Shown piece by piece: positions 1 to 7,223 of a stretch of 32,000 nt of DNA. Positions within the stretch are counted from its first letter, which is position 1. Each line of letters opens with the position of its first letter. The notes under the pieces are model-generated. The model was not told the origin of the DNA, made no database searches, and saw nothing but the letters and a program-made list of their open reading frames with translations. A program made the position numbers and the translations under genes. The DNA is from a virus. The stretch is taken from IMG/VR virus record IMGVR_UViG_3300045988_146550, positions 1,207 to 33,206 of that record. The stretch is one strand, 5' to 3'.

Positions 1-1
1 T

Positions 2-451
2 ATCAGTGAATACGGTTTAGAAAATGGACGCGTTGACTATGGAACTCTAGCAAAGGCTTTCGATGCCGTGTTAAACAATGACATCATGAACTTAACATAT
101 GACATAGGCTATTGGGAGCAAGTGAGCGGCATTATTGACAATTCAGAAGAAATAGAAGAGTTAGAAGAAAAAAGAGATGAGTTAGAAGAAGAAAACGAAA
201 GCAGCCCATCCCAAATTTTAGAAAATGAAATAAATGAAATAAATGAACAAATAGAAGAACTTGAAAATGAACAAGACAACGACCCCGAGGTATTTCAATG
301 GTTTATTGTGGATGATTGGGGCGCTAAACTTCTACAAGATATAAGCGAAATTGTGTATTACAACGAAAAGCTAGATATGTATTTATGGGGCGTTACACAT
401 TATGGTACATCATGGGATTATGTTCTTACGAACATTAAAATTGATTGGTAG
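2..451 (+). CDS. Hypothetical protein, 5'-truncated by window edge, with a strongly acidic E/N/D-rich middle segment
   Basis: Frame is open from nt 2 (no stop upstream of the GTG listed at 68) and stops at TAG 449-451. Contains IEELEEKRDELEEENE...NEINEINEQIEELENEQDND and a C-terminal WGVTHYGTSWDYV. No domain recognised. Confidence 0.5.
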   Translation: MSEYGLENGRVDYGTLAKAFDAVLNNDIMNLTYDIGYWEQVSGIIDNSEEIEELEEKRDELEEENESSPSQILENEINEINEQIEELENEQDNDPEVFQWFIVDDWGAKLLQDISEIVYYNEKLDMYLWGVTHYGTSWDYVLTNIKIDW

Positions 452-631
452 GTGTAATATTCCAATGTTAACACGCAAAGATCTTGACAAGATGAGCGCC
501 GTCCAGGTGCTCATACTTGCATTATTAAAATTCTACTTCTATATGTGTTTTGACATGTTGTTGATAGGCTTATTTTTAGGCCTATCAAACATAATACTAC
601 CACTTATTTATTAATTGCAGGAGGTTAAACA

Positions 632-904
632 ATGGAACTTTTAGAAATTAAATTATTGCATAAATACGCAAGAATAAGATCATATATGAATGATCTTATT
701 TCAGGTAATTACATTATTTATGATTTTCTTTATGAATGTTTAGTTGATCATATTGAATCTTTTATTTTTGATCTTGCTTATATAGAAAATGAGAAAGTCA
801 TAAATATTTATTATGATCAACTATTAAGCGATTCTAAACAAGTAAGTAACAAACTTTATACACTTGTTATAAATATTTTTGAAGATAATGAATGGAGGTT
901 TTAA
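632..904 (+). CDS. Hypothetical protein (90 aa)
   Basis: ATG preceded by gcaGGAGGttaaaca. No domain recognised. Confidence 0.6.
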   Translation: MELLEIKLLHKYARIRSYMNDLISGNYIIYDFLYECLVDHIESFIFDLAYIENEKVINIYYDQLLSDSKQVSNKLYTLVINIFEDNEWRF

Positions 905-906
905 AA

Positions 907-1137
907 ATGAATAACAAAGAATATATTGAATTTACAGAAAAAAAACTAGATCGACTAAATGGATCTAGCTGCAAACCTTACACAATAACCAAACATTTAA
1001 ACGGTTTATATGATCTTAATTATGGTTTAGATACCATTGTGTGGATGCTTGAACCGCGCGAACTTTGGTTATTTGTAAATACTTTGTATACGTTGGATAT
1101 TTTAGGAGGCCTTAAAAATGACAATATGGAAGCGTGA
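907..1137 (+). CDS. Hypothetical protein (76 aa)
   Basis: ATG at 907 lies 8 nt after GGAGG (894-898). The track start at 892 would overlap the upstream stop. Confidence 0.6.
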   Translation: MNNKEYIEFTEKKLDRLNGSSCKPYTITKHLNGLYDLNYGLDTIVWMLEPRELWLFVNTLYTLDILGGLKNDNMEA

Positions 1138-1705
1138 GCGAACTCATTTTAATTACTATATCACAAACGAAAGAAAGCAACCCCACATTTATGTTGAAGC
1201 GTTAGGAGCTCCCAGCGCTTCAACTGAAAAAATTTTAAAAGATCATGGTTTTAAGTTTGATCATAATAAATGCATGTATGCAGCAGCTCAAACAAATGAA
1301 TTAAGGCTTTTTGTCGCTCATGATCTTGATAAACTTTTCAATTATGATATTCATTTGTTTTTTAACACTGAAGCAAAAAAAGAACTTTTTGCGCCTGATA
1401 TCCAGGAAATAAAAGATATCTGTTATTATTTCAAAATTTATAAATGCTATATTGATATTTTAAACAAGGATCTTTTTAAGATCTGTAAGCCAGGCTCAAA
1501 AAGCTTGCTGGCAACTTACAACACTTATTCAAAAACTATAGACGTTTTTAATAGAAACAAATTACAAGAAAGTTATATATACAATGATGGAAAAATCGAA
1601 AAAATCAGTATTGAAAAAGCTGCACCAAAAAAGAAGAAAAAAGCAGCACTTACAGAACAACAAAAGATCAACAAAATGCTTGAAGAGTTTGAGTTTCCAT
1701 TTTAG
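1118..1705 (+). CDS. Hypothetical protein (195 aa), Lys-rich C-terminal region
   Basis: ATG preceded by ttAGGAGGcc. Contains APKKKKKAALTEQQ near the C-terminus. No domain recognised. Confidence 0.6.
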   Translation: MTIWKRERTHFNYYITNERKQPHIYVEALGAPSASTEKILKDHGFKFDHNKCMYAAAQTNELRLFVAHDLDKLFNYDIHLFFNTEAKKELFAPDIQEIKDICYYFKIYKCYIDILNKDLFKICKPGSKSLLATYNTYSKTIDVFNRNKLQESYIYNDGKIEKISIEKAAPKKKKKAALTEQQKINKMLEEFEFPF

Positions 1706-1717
1706 GAGGTAAAGAAA

Positions 1718-2032
1718 ATGAAAAAAACTGTTTACGATATTAAATGTTTATGTAATTTATTGCAATATATGAGCCGTGAACCAGGCTTATTCAGTAATGG
1801 ATATATTAGCTATATATCAATTGGAAGATATGCAAAATATGTTGATTTGCATTTTATGAATGGATCTGTTTACAATTTTGATTCATACACAAAAGCTTTT
1901 CTATATGATCAACTTTTAAGATATGCAAAAAAACATCTCGTAAAATGGGATCAAAAAGAAAAAAGCAAACGCGAAAAAAATCGCTTCAATCACGCAAAAA
2001 GAGAAATTGAAAAAATTGAAAAGGACTTGTAA
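1718..2032 (+). CDS. Hypothetical protein (104 aa), basic C-terminal tail
   Basis: ATG preceded by ttAGGAGGtaaagaaa. The stop codon lies in the loop of the downstream terminator hairpin. Confidence 0.6.
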   Translation: MKKTVYDIKCLCNLLQYMSREPGLFSNGYISYISIGRYAKYVDLHFMNGSVYNFDSYTKAFLYDQLLRYAKKHLVKWDQKEKSKREKNRFNHAKREIEKIEKDL

Positions 2033-2046
2033 AAGTCCTTTTTTTA
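2020..2046. terminator. Bidirectional rho-independent terminator between convergent blocks
   Basis: AAAGGACTT (2020-2028), loop gtaa, AAGTCCTTT (2033-2041), then a T-run. A-rich on the other side, so it can serve both strands. Confidence 0.7.
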
Positions 2047-2069
2047 ATGTCTTTTCAATTCTTTTTGAA

Positions 2070-2594
2070 TCAGCTTTTTTTGATTGGATTCGATGCGAAA
2101 AAGTTCATGAAAAGTTTAGTTTTAAACTCATATTCTTTTTGATCCATTTCTTTTATATCCAAAACTCTTTTAAATATCACTATCGCAATAAAGTTTGCAA
2201 ACAAGTTTGCATCTTTTTCTATTTCCTGATTCTCATAGTGTTTGCTGCTTGAATCTGCATAGTTTTCAAGTTCCTTTTTCCATATAGAAACACTTCTTTC
2301 ATCTATAGAAAACACTTTTTGATTCTTCTTATATACACATGCATATTGGTATAAATGTCTTATTTCATGTGCAAGATATATATAAACTAAACTACTATCT
2401 ATGGATGTATTCAGGTTTACACAAATTACATTTTCTTTTGGGTATGATGTGCATATGCTTGTATCTTTTACTTGAAAAAGTTCTTTATTGACTGGTTTAT
2501 GTTTAAGATCATAAACCTTATCATTTACTTTAAAGTAAACTTTTGGAATCTTTATATTTAATAGTGTGCATAGAAAACTTACATAATCATTCAT
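2070..2594 (-). CDS. HExxH zinc metallopeptidase, ImmA/IrrE (M78)-like
   Basis: Contains ...ICVNLNTSIDSSLVYIYLAHEIRHLYQ... followed by QEIEKDANLFANFIAI, matching the HExxH plus downstream E..(D/E)AN.FA pattern of ImmA/IrrE-type peptidases. Recognised by eye only. Confidence 0.5.
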   Translation of the reverse strand: MNDYVSFLCTLLNIKIPKVYFKVNDKVYDLKHKPVNKELFQVKDTSICTSYPKENVICVNLNTSIDSSLVYIYLAHEIRHLYQYACVYKKNQKVFSIDERSVSIWKKELENYADSSSKHYENQEIEKDANLFANFIAIVIFKRVLDIKEMDQKEYEFKTKLFMNFFASNPIKKS

Positions 2595-2600
2595 GCATCC

Positions 2601-2629
2601 ATTATATCTGAAAAACTTTATTTTGAAAA
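2601..2629 (-). promoter_or_regulatory. Putative promoter of the ImmA-like gene (TTTTCA-N17-TATAAT) giving a near-leaderless mRNA
   Basis: On the minus strand, -10 TATAAT is at 2606-2601 and -35 TTTTCA at 2629-2624. The ATG at 2594 is only 6 nt after the -10 and there is no convincing SD. The -35 sits inside a 10-bp direct repeat (plus-strand TGAAAAACTT at 2609-2618 and 2624-2633). Confidence 0.4.
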
Positions 2630-2631
2630 AC

Positions 2632-2907
2632 TTATTTATCTAAGATTGTAAACACTTTTAGTAAATTTGATTTTGAATAAAGTTGAAAATAATTTGAATC
2701 CTTTTTATGATTATTTCCAATATCTTTATTCAATAACTTTGCAACCAAACCATCAAACTTTTCTTTATTGACCATGAAATACCATAATACTTTAGAAATA
2801 TCTGTTCCTAAAGATATAATTTCTTCATAATCTGAACATACAACAACTATTTCTGTATGTTTATAGCTTATATAAATACGTCTATCTAAAAACTTGTCTT
2901 CAAACAT
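2632..2907 (-). CDS. Small K/F-rich protein, paralog A of a three-member family
   Basis: SD AAGGGGTG precedes the ATG. Shares the N-terminal M.E.KF...VVCS and the C-terminal L.KVF.ILDK with ORF 2919-3206. Confidence 0.65.
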   Translation of the reverse strand: MFEDKFLDRRIYISYKHTEIVVVCSDYEEIISLGTDISKVLWYFMVNKEKFDGLVAKLLNKDIGNNHKKDSNYFQLYSKSNLLKVFTILDK

Positions 2908-2918
2908 TCAAACACCCC

Positions 2919-3206
2919 TTACTTATCCAGGATCATAAAAACTTTTTCAAGTTGTTCTTGAGACGTTGGAAAAAACTTTTGAGATTCTTTTTCGTGTTTG
3001 CATAGAATCGAACCGTCAAAAAACTTTTTTAGTAACTGAGAAAACTTTTCTTTCTTCACATAATAAACATAATTCACAGACACATCTTCATCATCATGTG
3101 CATTGTATTCAAAAACTTTTTCAACCATCTTAGAACAAACAACACCAATTTGTACATTATCATATCTCACAAAAACTTCTTTGTAAGAAAACTTATTTTC
3201 GTCCAT
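2919..3206 (-). CDS. Small K/F-rich protein, paralog B
   Basis: Start moved to the ATG at 3206 (MDENKFSY...), which follows AGGAGTG. The C-terminus EKVFMILDK matches paralog A. Confidence 0.65.
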   Translation of the reverse strand: MDENKFSYKEVFVRYDNVQIGVVCSKMVEKVFEYNAHDDEDVSVNYVYYVKKEKFSQLLKKFFDGSILCKHEKESQKFFPTSQEQLEKVFMILDK

Positions 3207-3228
3207 TTCATCACTCCTAAAAAAATTT

Positions 3229-3570
3229 CTACATATCAATCAACGCTCTTAAAAACTTATTATATTCTTCTTCTGATTTTAGATAAAACTTATTGCAACC
3301 ATTCATTACGTCTTCATAGTTTAAGCAATCAATTTCATTATCTAAAAACTTTCTATATAAACTTTTGAATTGCGATTCACAAATATAATGCTTAATAACG
3401 AGTATACCATTCTTATCATAATTACACCTATAAAACTCTTCATCTGCCATATAAACACATACAATATGACCTTCCCATTGTACAAATAAACTTTCTGTAT
3501 TACGAATCAGAAAAAACTTTTTCACTTCTGTTAAAAACCTTCTCACAATATCACTCCTATTTATCTGCAA
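3229..3570 (-). CDS. Small K/F-rich protein, distant paralog C
   Basis: Has the same size class and similar HIVCVY / KFL / NKFLRALIDM motifs. Overlaps the upstream lipoprotein gene end by 14 nt. Confidence 0.55.
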   Translation of the reverse strand: MQINRSDIVRRFLTEVKKFFLIRNTESLFVQWEGHIVCVYMADEEFYRCNYDKNGILVIKHYICESQFKSLYRKFLDNEIDCLNYEDVMNGCNKFYLKSEEEYNKFLRALIDM

Positions 3571-3832
3571 TCGTTTCTACGTAACAATTATAATAAATAT
3601 ATCTTTTTCCATCATAGTCAAATTTTACACATCCACCATCCTTTGCTTCAATATCAATTTTCCCCTCATAACTTGCTAAAATTTTTCCATCTGCTGTATA
3701 CACATTGATTATTCTATCCAATCCACCATTCAAATCTGATTTTATATCAGTACCCCAACGATCCGCAGATGCACATCCAAATAAGGAAATGCCAATCATT
3801 CCAACCATTAATAATTTGTATATTTTATTCAT
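3557..3832 (-). CDS. Small secreted lipoprotein (91 aa), paralog of 3973-4374
   Basis: Signal peptide plus lipobox (MVGMIGISLFGC). Shares the YEGKIDIE... core with the neighbouring lipoprotein (VEGKISIE). Confidence 0.7.
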   Translation of the reverse strand: MNKIYKLLMVGMIGISLFGCASADRWGTDIKSDLNGGLDRIINVYTADGKILASYEGKIDIEAKDGGCVKFDYDGKRYIYYNCYVETIADK

Positions 3833-3972
3833 TTTATTCCTCTTTTCTATGTCCGATAACTATATATTATCAGACTAACCACAAACCTTTTAAAAGCCTA
3901 GTAAATAGGCTACTTTGTAACTCTTTTCTAAAATAAAAACTTTATGAATTTTTGAGCCATGCTATAATGTGT

Positions 3973-4374
3973 TTATTTATTTGTATCTTCTACGTTAATC
4001 AAGCCATGTTCAATCGTTTCTTTAGCAGGAAAGAATGTTATTTTATATCCATACGGATTTTCTTTTACCGAATCGGTCTGAATACTTGTATATGTTACAT
4101 CTTTTGATAAATGTGCATAGAACAATTTATATTTATCTTTTCCAGTTTTAATCGTTACATTCAAATCGCCATCACTATCTGTTTCAATAGATATTTTTCC
4201 TTCAACAGAAAACAACGGTTCATTTGTTCTAGTATTTAATGCCACAACCTTTCTCGATATTTTAAAGTTGTTTGCATCCACTCTTAAATTATGATTAGCT
4301 GTATCTGATTCTTGGCATCCTACCAAACCTAGACACATTGTCATTCCTAAAATTGCACATAATATTTTTTTCAT
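3973..4374 (-). CDS. Small secreted lipoprotein (133 aa)
   Basis: Signal peptide plus lipobox (MTMCLGLVGC). ATGA start/stop overlap with the upstream regulator gene. Confidence 0.7.
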   Translation of the reverse strand: MKKILCAILGMTMCLGLVGCQESDTANHNLRVDANNFKISRKVVALNTRTNEPLFSVEGKISIETDSDGDLNVTIKTGKDKYKLFYAHLSKDVTYTSIQTDSVKENPYGYKITFFPAKETIEHGLINVEDTNK

Positions 4375-4838
4375 TTGTTCAAATCTCCCATAACGAGCTT
4401 TTTAAGCTCTTTTTTCATTGCGTAATACATTTTCATTCTGCTACAGTACTTTTCTCCTGAAAGCTTCTCAAACGACTCTCCATTGATATAATGACGTTTC
4501 ATATACAAACGAATATCATCATCCGGAATAAGATCAATAATCGTTTCAACTTCTCTCATCTTTCCTAAGATAAGATTCTTGTCGTCTTCAAGCACTTTTT
4601 CTTTTGAAATAAACTTTACAAGAACATCATTAGTAATATCCTTATTTTTCTTTGAATCCAACCTTTGTTCAAACGATGGAGATTTTGGATCTGAAAATTC
4701 TTTTTTACGAACTTCCAAATCCTTCAAAATTCCATCCAACGATTTAAACTTTCTTTCATAAATCCTGAACATTTCAAGTTTTTTAATCAGTGTATCCACC
4801 TGAACATCTACATATTCTTCATAATCCGTTTTACTCAT
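4371..4838 (-). CDS. Putative late-gene transcriptional activator with a sigma-70 region-4-like C-terminal HTH (ArpU/RinA-type position)
   Basis: C-terminus reads DDIRLYMKRHYINGESFEKLSGEKYCSRMKMYYAMKKELKKL, which looks like a region-4 HTH. SD AGGAGA precedes the ATG. It lies at the distal end of the early/replication operon. Confidence 0.45.
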   Translation of the reverse strand: MSKTDYEEYVDVQVDTLIKKLEMFRIYERKFKSLDGILKDLEVRKKEFSDPKSPSFEQRLDSKKNKDITNDVLVKFISKEKVLEDDKNLILGKMREVETIIDLIPDDDIRLYMKRHYINGESFEKLSGEKYCSRMKMYYAMKKELKKLVMGDLNK

Positions 4839-4846
4839 CTTATCTC

Positions 4847-4993
4847 CTATGCAATCTCTTCAATTTCCTCAATGCTGCATGATGGGTGTTTCATATAGAA
4901 CTTATACATTGCCATACTTTTTGATTCCTCATGAACTTCAATCACACAAATATTATTGTCTTTAATATATTTAATCCTGTATTTCTTTAACAT
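4847..4993 (-). CDS. Possible small ORF (48 aa), not in track
   Basis: ATG at 4993 follows AAAGGA and overlaps the end of 4971-5204. Its TAG at 4847-4849 overlaps the SD of the next gene. No homology recognised. Confidence 0.3.
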   Translation of the reverse strand: MLKKYRIKYIKDNNICVIEVHEESKSMAMYKFYMKHPSCSIEEIEEIA

Positions 4994-5204
4994 CTTTTTC
5001 CTTTCTAAAAATAATCAAATGATTTATAACATTAAAAATACTCCATCCATTATTTAATAAGTCTTCAATATATGCACTACAACATATATCATCATATGTT
5101 ACTTTATATTCATGTTCAGGTTCTTTATTTTTTTTCAAATATTCAGGTACTTTTATTTTACTTCTATCAAATTCTTTTGGTTGATATCCATTCATATTAA
5201 CCAT
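4971..5204 (-). CDS. Hypothetical protein (77 aa)
   Basis: ORF in the tightly packed minus-strand operon. Confidence 0.55.
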   Translation of the reverse strand: MVNMNGYQPKEFDRSKIKVPEYLKKNKEPEHEYKVTYDDICCSAYIEDLLNNGWSIFNVINHLIIFRKEKDVKEIQD

Positions 5205-5223
5205 TCCACTTTCTCCAATCTAT

Positions 5224-5523
5224 TTATTTTTCAGCATCCTTCAAATACTCAAATTCTTTCAACAATTGATTCTTTGTTTGTTCAAACTCTGATTCGATTT
5301 GTTTTTGTACATCAATCTTAGTTTGTTTAAACCATTTCTTTTTGAACTTAGTAACTGATTCACGATAACGTTTTTCATCACAATCACATGATTGCCACCA
5401 TTCTAAATCGTGTAGAACTTCAACTAAATCTTTCATCATGCTATTTAATTGCGAATCAAACATTCTACCTACATATTCTTCTTCAATTCGGTTAAACATA
5501 TAACAATAACTTCCACCACTCAT
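5224..5523 (-). CDS. Hypothetical protein (99 aa)
   Basis: ORF in the tightly packed operon, abutting the upstream gene. Confidence 0.6.
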   Translation of the reverse strand: MSGGSYCYMFNRIEEEYVGRMFDSQLNSMMKDLVEVLHDLEWWQSCDCDEKRYRESVTKFKKKWFKQTKIDVQKQIESEFEQTKNQLLKEFEYLKDAEK

Positions 5524-5741
5524 TATTTAATCTCCTTTTTACGCATGTTCTCAAATCCTTCATAAGAACTGTGATACATACATTTGTATGCTCGCAAGTC
5601 CTTTTTCTTTTGTTCCAATTCGTGCATTAACACTTCATTCTGATCTTCTAAATTGTTGATTCTTCCAGATACAACAACCGAATACAACATCATTGCTGCA
5701 ATGCTACCGAAAAAGAGTCCTGCAATAAAATAAATCATCAC
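5523..5741 (-). CDS. Small membrane-anchored coiled-coil protein (72 aa)
   Basis: N-terminal hydrophobic helix MMIYFIAGLFFGSIAAMMLYSVVV followed by a charged helix. Start/stop overlaps on both sides. Confidence 0.6.
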   Translation of the reverse strand: MMIYFIAGLFFGSIAAMMLYSVVVSGRINNLEDQNEVLMHELEQKKKDLRAYKCMYHSSYEGFENMRKKEIK

Positions 5742-5968
5742 TCATTCTCTCCGACAAATTCAATCTGTTCTCTGTCTACGCAAAATCTAGTACCATCATT
5801 AAATTCGATGTCATACAAATATCTAGTCGTGCCAACTAGTACACAAATGTTTTGCTGATGAACAATATTACCAACTTGACCGATGTAATCTTCTTTGTGT
5901 TTACCAGTACTACTAATCAATTCTTCTTCATACGTATCATCTAAACTCAGTAATATAGCTTTCTGCAT
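5738..5968 (-). CDS. Hypothetical protein (76 aa)
   Basis: ORF whose stop overlaps the start of the downstream gene and which abuts the upstream gene. Confidence 0.6.
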   Translation of the reverse strand: MQKAILLSLDDTYEEELISSTGKHKEDYIGQVGNIVHQQNICVLVGTTRYLYDIEFNDGTRFCVDREQIEFVGENE

Positions 5969-6555
5969 TATTTGATTACCTCACAACTTTCTAGAATATC
6001 TTTAATCAATTCGTCACCATTAATATTCTTGAAATGTCCTTTTTCTTTCATTTCTTTTAGTAAACCCATTTCCTTGAACTTAAAATCAACCGAGAAATAT
6101 TGTAATAAATCATATTCAAATTGAGTTAATTTGTATGTTTGCTTTTCATACGGGCTTGCTAACCATTTAATCTTTTCTCCATGACAATTTCCGCCTTTAA
6201 ACGCACAATCGCAACATCTCGTATTCCAACAGTGTTTGATTTTTCCATTCACAAAAGCATAACGACCACCTGTTTTTAATAAATCCTCAAAATAATGATC
6301 AAGATTAGTTTCTTGATTGGACTCTGATCCAAGCCATCCTAATTCTTTACATTGTTGAATAATTGCCTGTAACTCATTTAAGTGAATGGTATGAAAGGTT
6401 TGATTAATTATTATTTGTTTACCATCCAAATAAAATATAACTGAATCAATTGGTCTAGAACATTTATTGTATCTGTAAGTATCATTTACTCCATACCTGG
6501 TATATTCTTTTTCAAATTCATACCCTAATTGCTTAAACATCTCTTTTGCATTCAT
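5968..6555 (-). CDS. AKEMF..LGY / ELGW family protein, member c, with a Cys-rich C-terminal extension
   Basis: N-terminus MNAKEMFKQLGY and LQAIIQQCKELGWLGSE are shared with the two upstream genes. The extension contains HCWNTRCCDCAFKGGNCHG. Confidence 0.65.
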   Translation of the reverse strand: MNAKEMFKQLGYEFEKEYTRYGVNDTYRYNKCSRPIDSVIFYLDGKQIIINQTFHTIHLNELQAIIQQCKELGWLGSESNQETNLDHYFEDLLKTGGRYAFVNGKIKHCWNTRCCDCAFKGGNCHGEKIKWLASPYEKQTYKLTQFEYDLLQYFSVDFKFKEMGLLKEMKEKGHFKNINGDELIKDILESCEVIK

Positions 6556-6565
6556 TATATCAACC

Positions 6566-6970
6566 TCAATCTACAATCTTTCTGCCACAATTTGGACAAT
6601 ACTTTGGTTTGAAATCAAAGTAATATCCTTCTCCATCATCTTCACCATTCACATACTCTTTATACTCAATTAAAGTTAATCCACAATGTGAACATATAAA
6701 TTCTTCCGTTGAATCATAATTAGAACCGTTGGTACAAGTTTCTTCTTCTAACCATCCGAGTTCCTTTAATTGTTGTTGAATTGCTTTTAATAAAGCTTTA
6801 TTTATCGTATATGCTTCATAGTCATCATACAATTCAACTTCTTTTTCTGTTAAATTAAACGTGATTTCAAAGTAACGAAACATTCCTTTTAGTTCTTTTG
6901 CATATATTATTTTTTTTGAATCTAAATTTCTTGTATATCCAAGTTTTTCAAACATTTCTTTTGCATTCAT
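6566..6970 (-). CDS. AKEMF..LGY / ELGW family protein, member b, with a C-terminal zinc ribbon
   Basis: Start placed at the ATG at 6970 (MNAKEMFEKLGY) by analogy with member c. The AGGAGA box is only 12 nt upstream, so the start is tentative. Contains CSHCG...CPNCG (CxxC...CxxC). Confidence 0.6.
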   Translation of the reverse strand: MNAKEMFEKLGYTRNLDSKKIIYAKELKGMFRYFEITFNLTEKEVELYDDYEAYTINKALLKAIQQQLKELGWLEEETCTNGSNYDSTEEFICSHCGLTLIEYKEYVNGEDDGEGYYFDFKPKYCPNCGRKIVD

Positions 6971-7223
6971 AAATAAATTCATCTCCTAATTCTTCCATTT
7001 GCTTTTGAATGGCTAATATCTCTTTGATACTTAAAATGTATGGGCAATATCCTCCGTTTGAGTCTAAGTAGTAAATAGCTTCATATGTTTTATCTTTTAA
7101 ATCAAACCGTATACAACAGAAACCGATTCCACTAGGCTTTTTGTATACAATAAACTGTTCATTTTGCAAATCCTGTCTTTCATAGCCTAATCTTTTGAAC
7201 ATCCCTTTAGCAGTTATTTTCAT
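6948..7223 (-). CDS. AKEMF..LGY / ELGW family protein, member a (short form)
   Basis: Contains MKITAKGMFKRLGY ... ILAIQKQMEELG. Confidence 0.6.
   Translation of the reverse strand: MKITAKGMFKRLGYERQDLQNEQFIVYKKPSGIGFCCIRFDLKDKTYEAIYYLDSNGGYCPYILSIKEILAIQKQMEELGDEFIYECKRNV

Noticed and set aside
402-614. 70-aa plus-strand ORF (or a 49-aa version from the ATG at 465) in the 452-631 gap.
   Set aside because: It starts inside the preceding gene and runs through two hairpins. Its hydrophobic F/L/I/Y-rich composition is what random AT-rich DNA yields. The SD is weak and poorly spaced.
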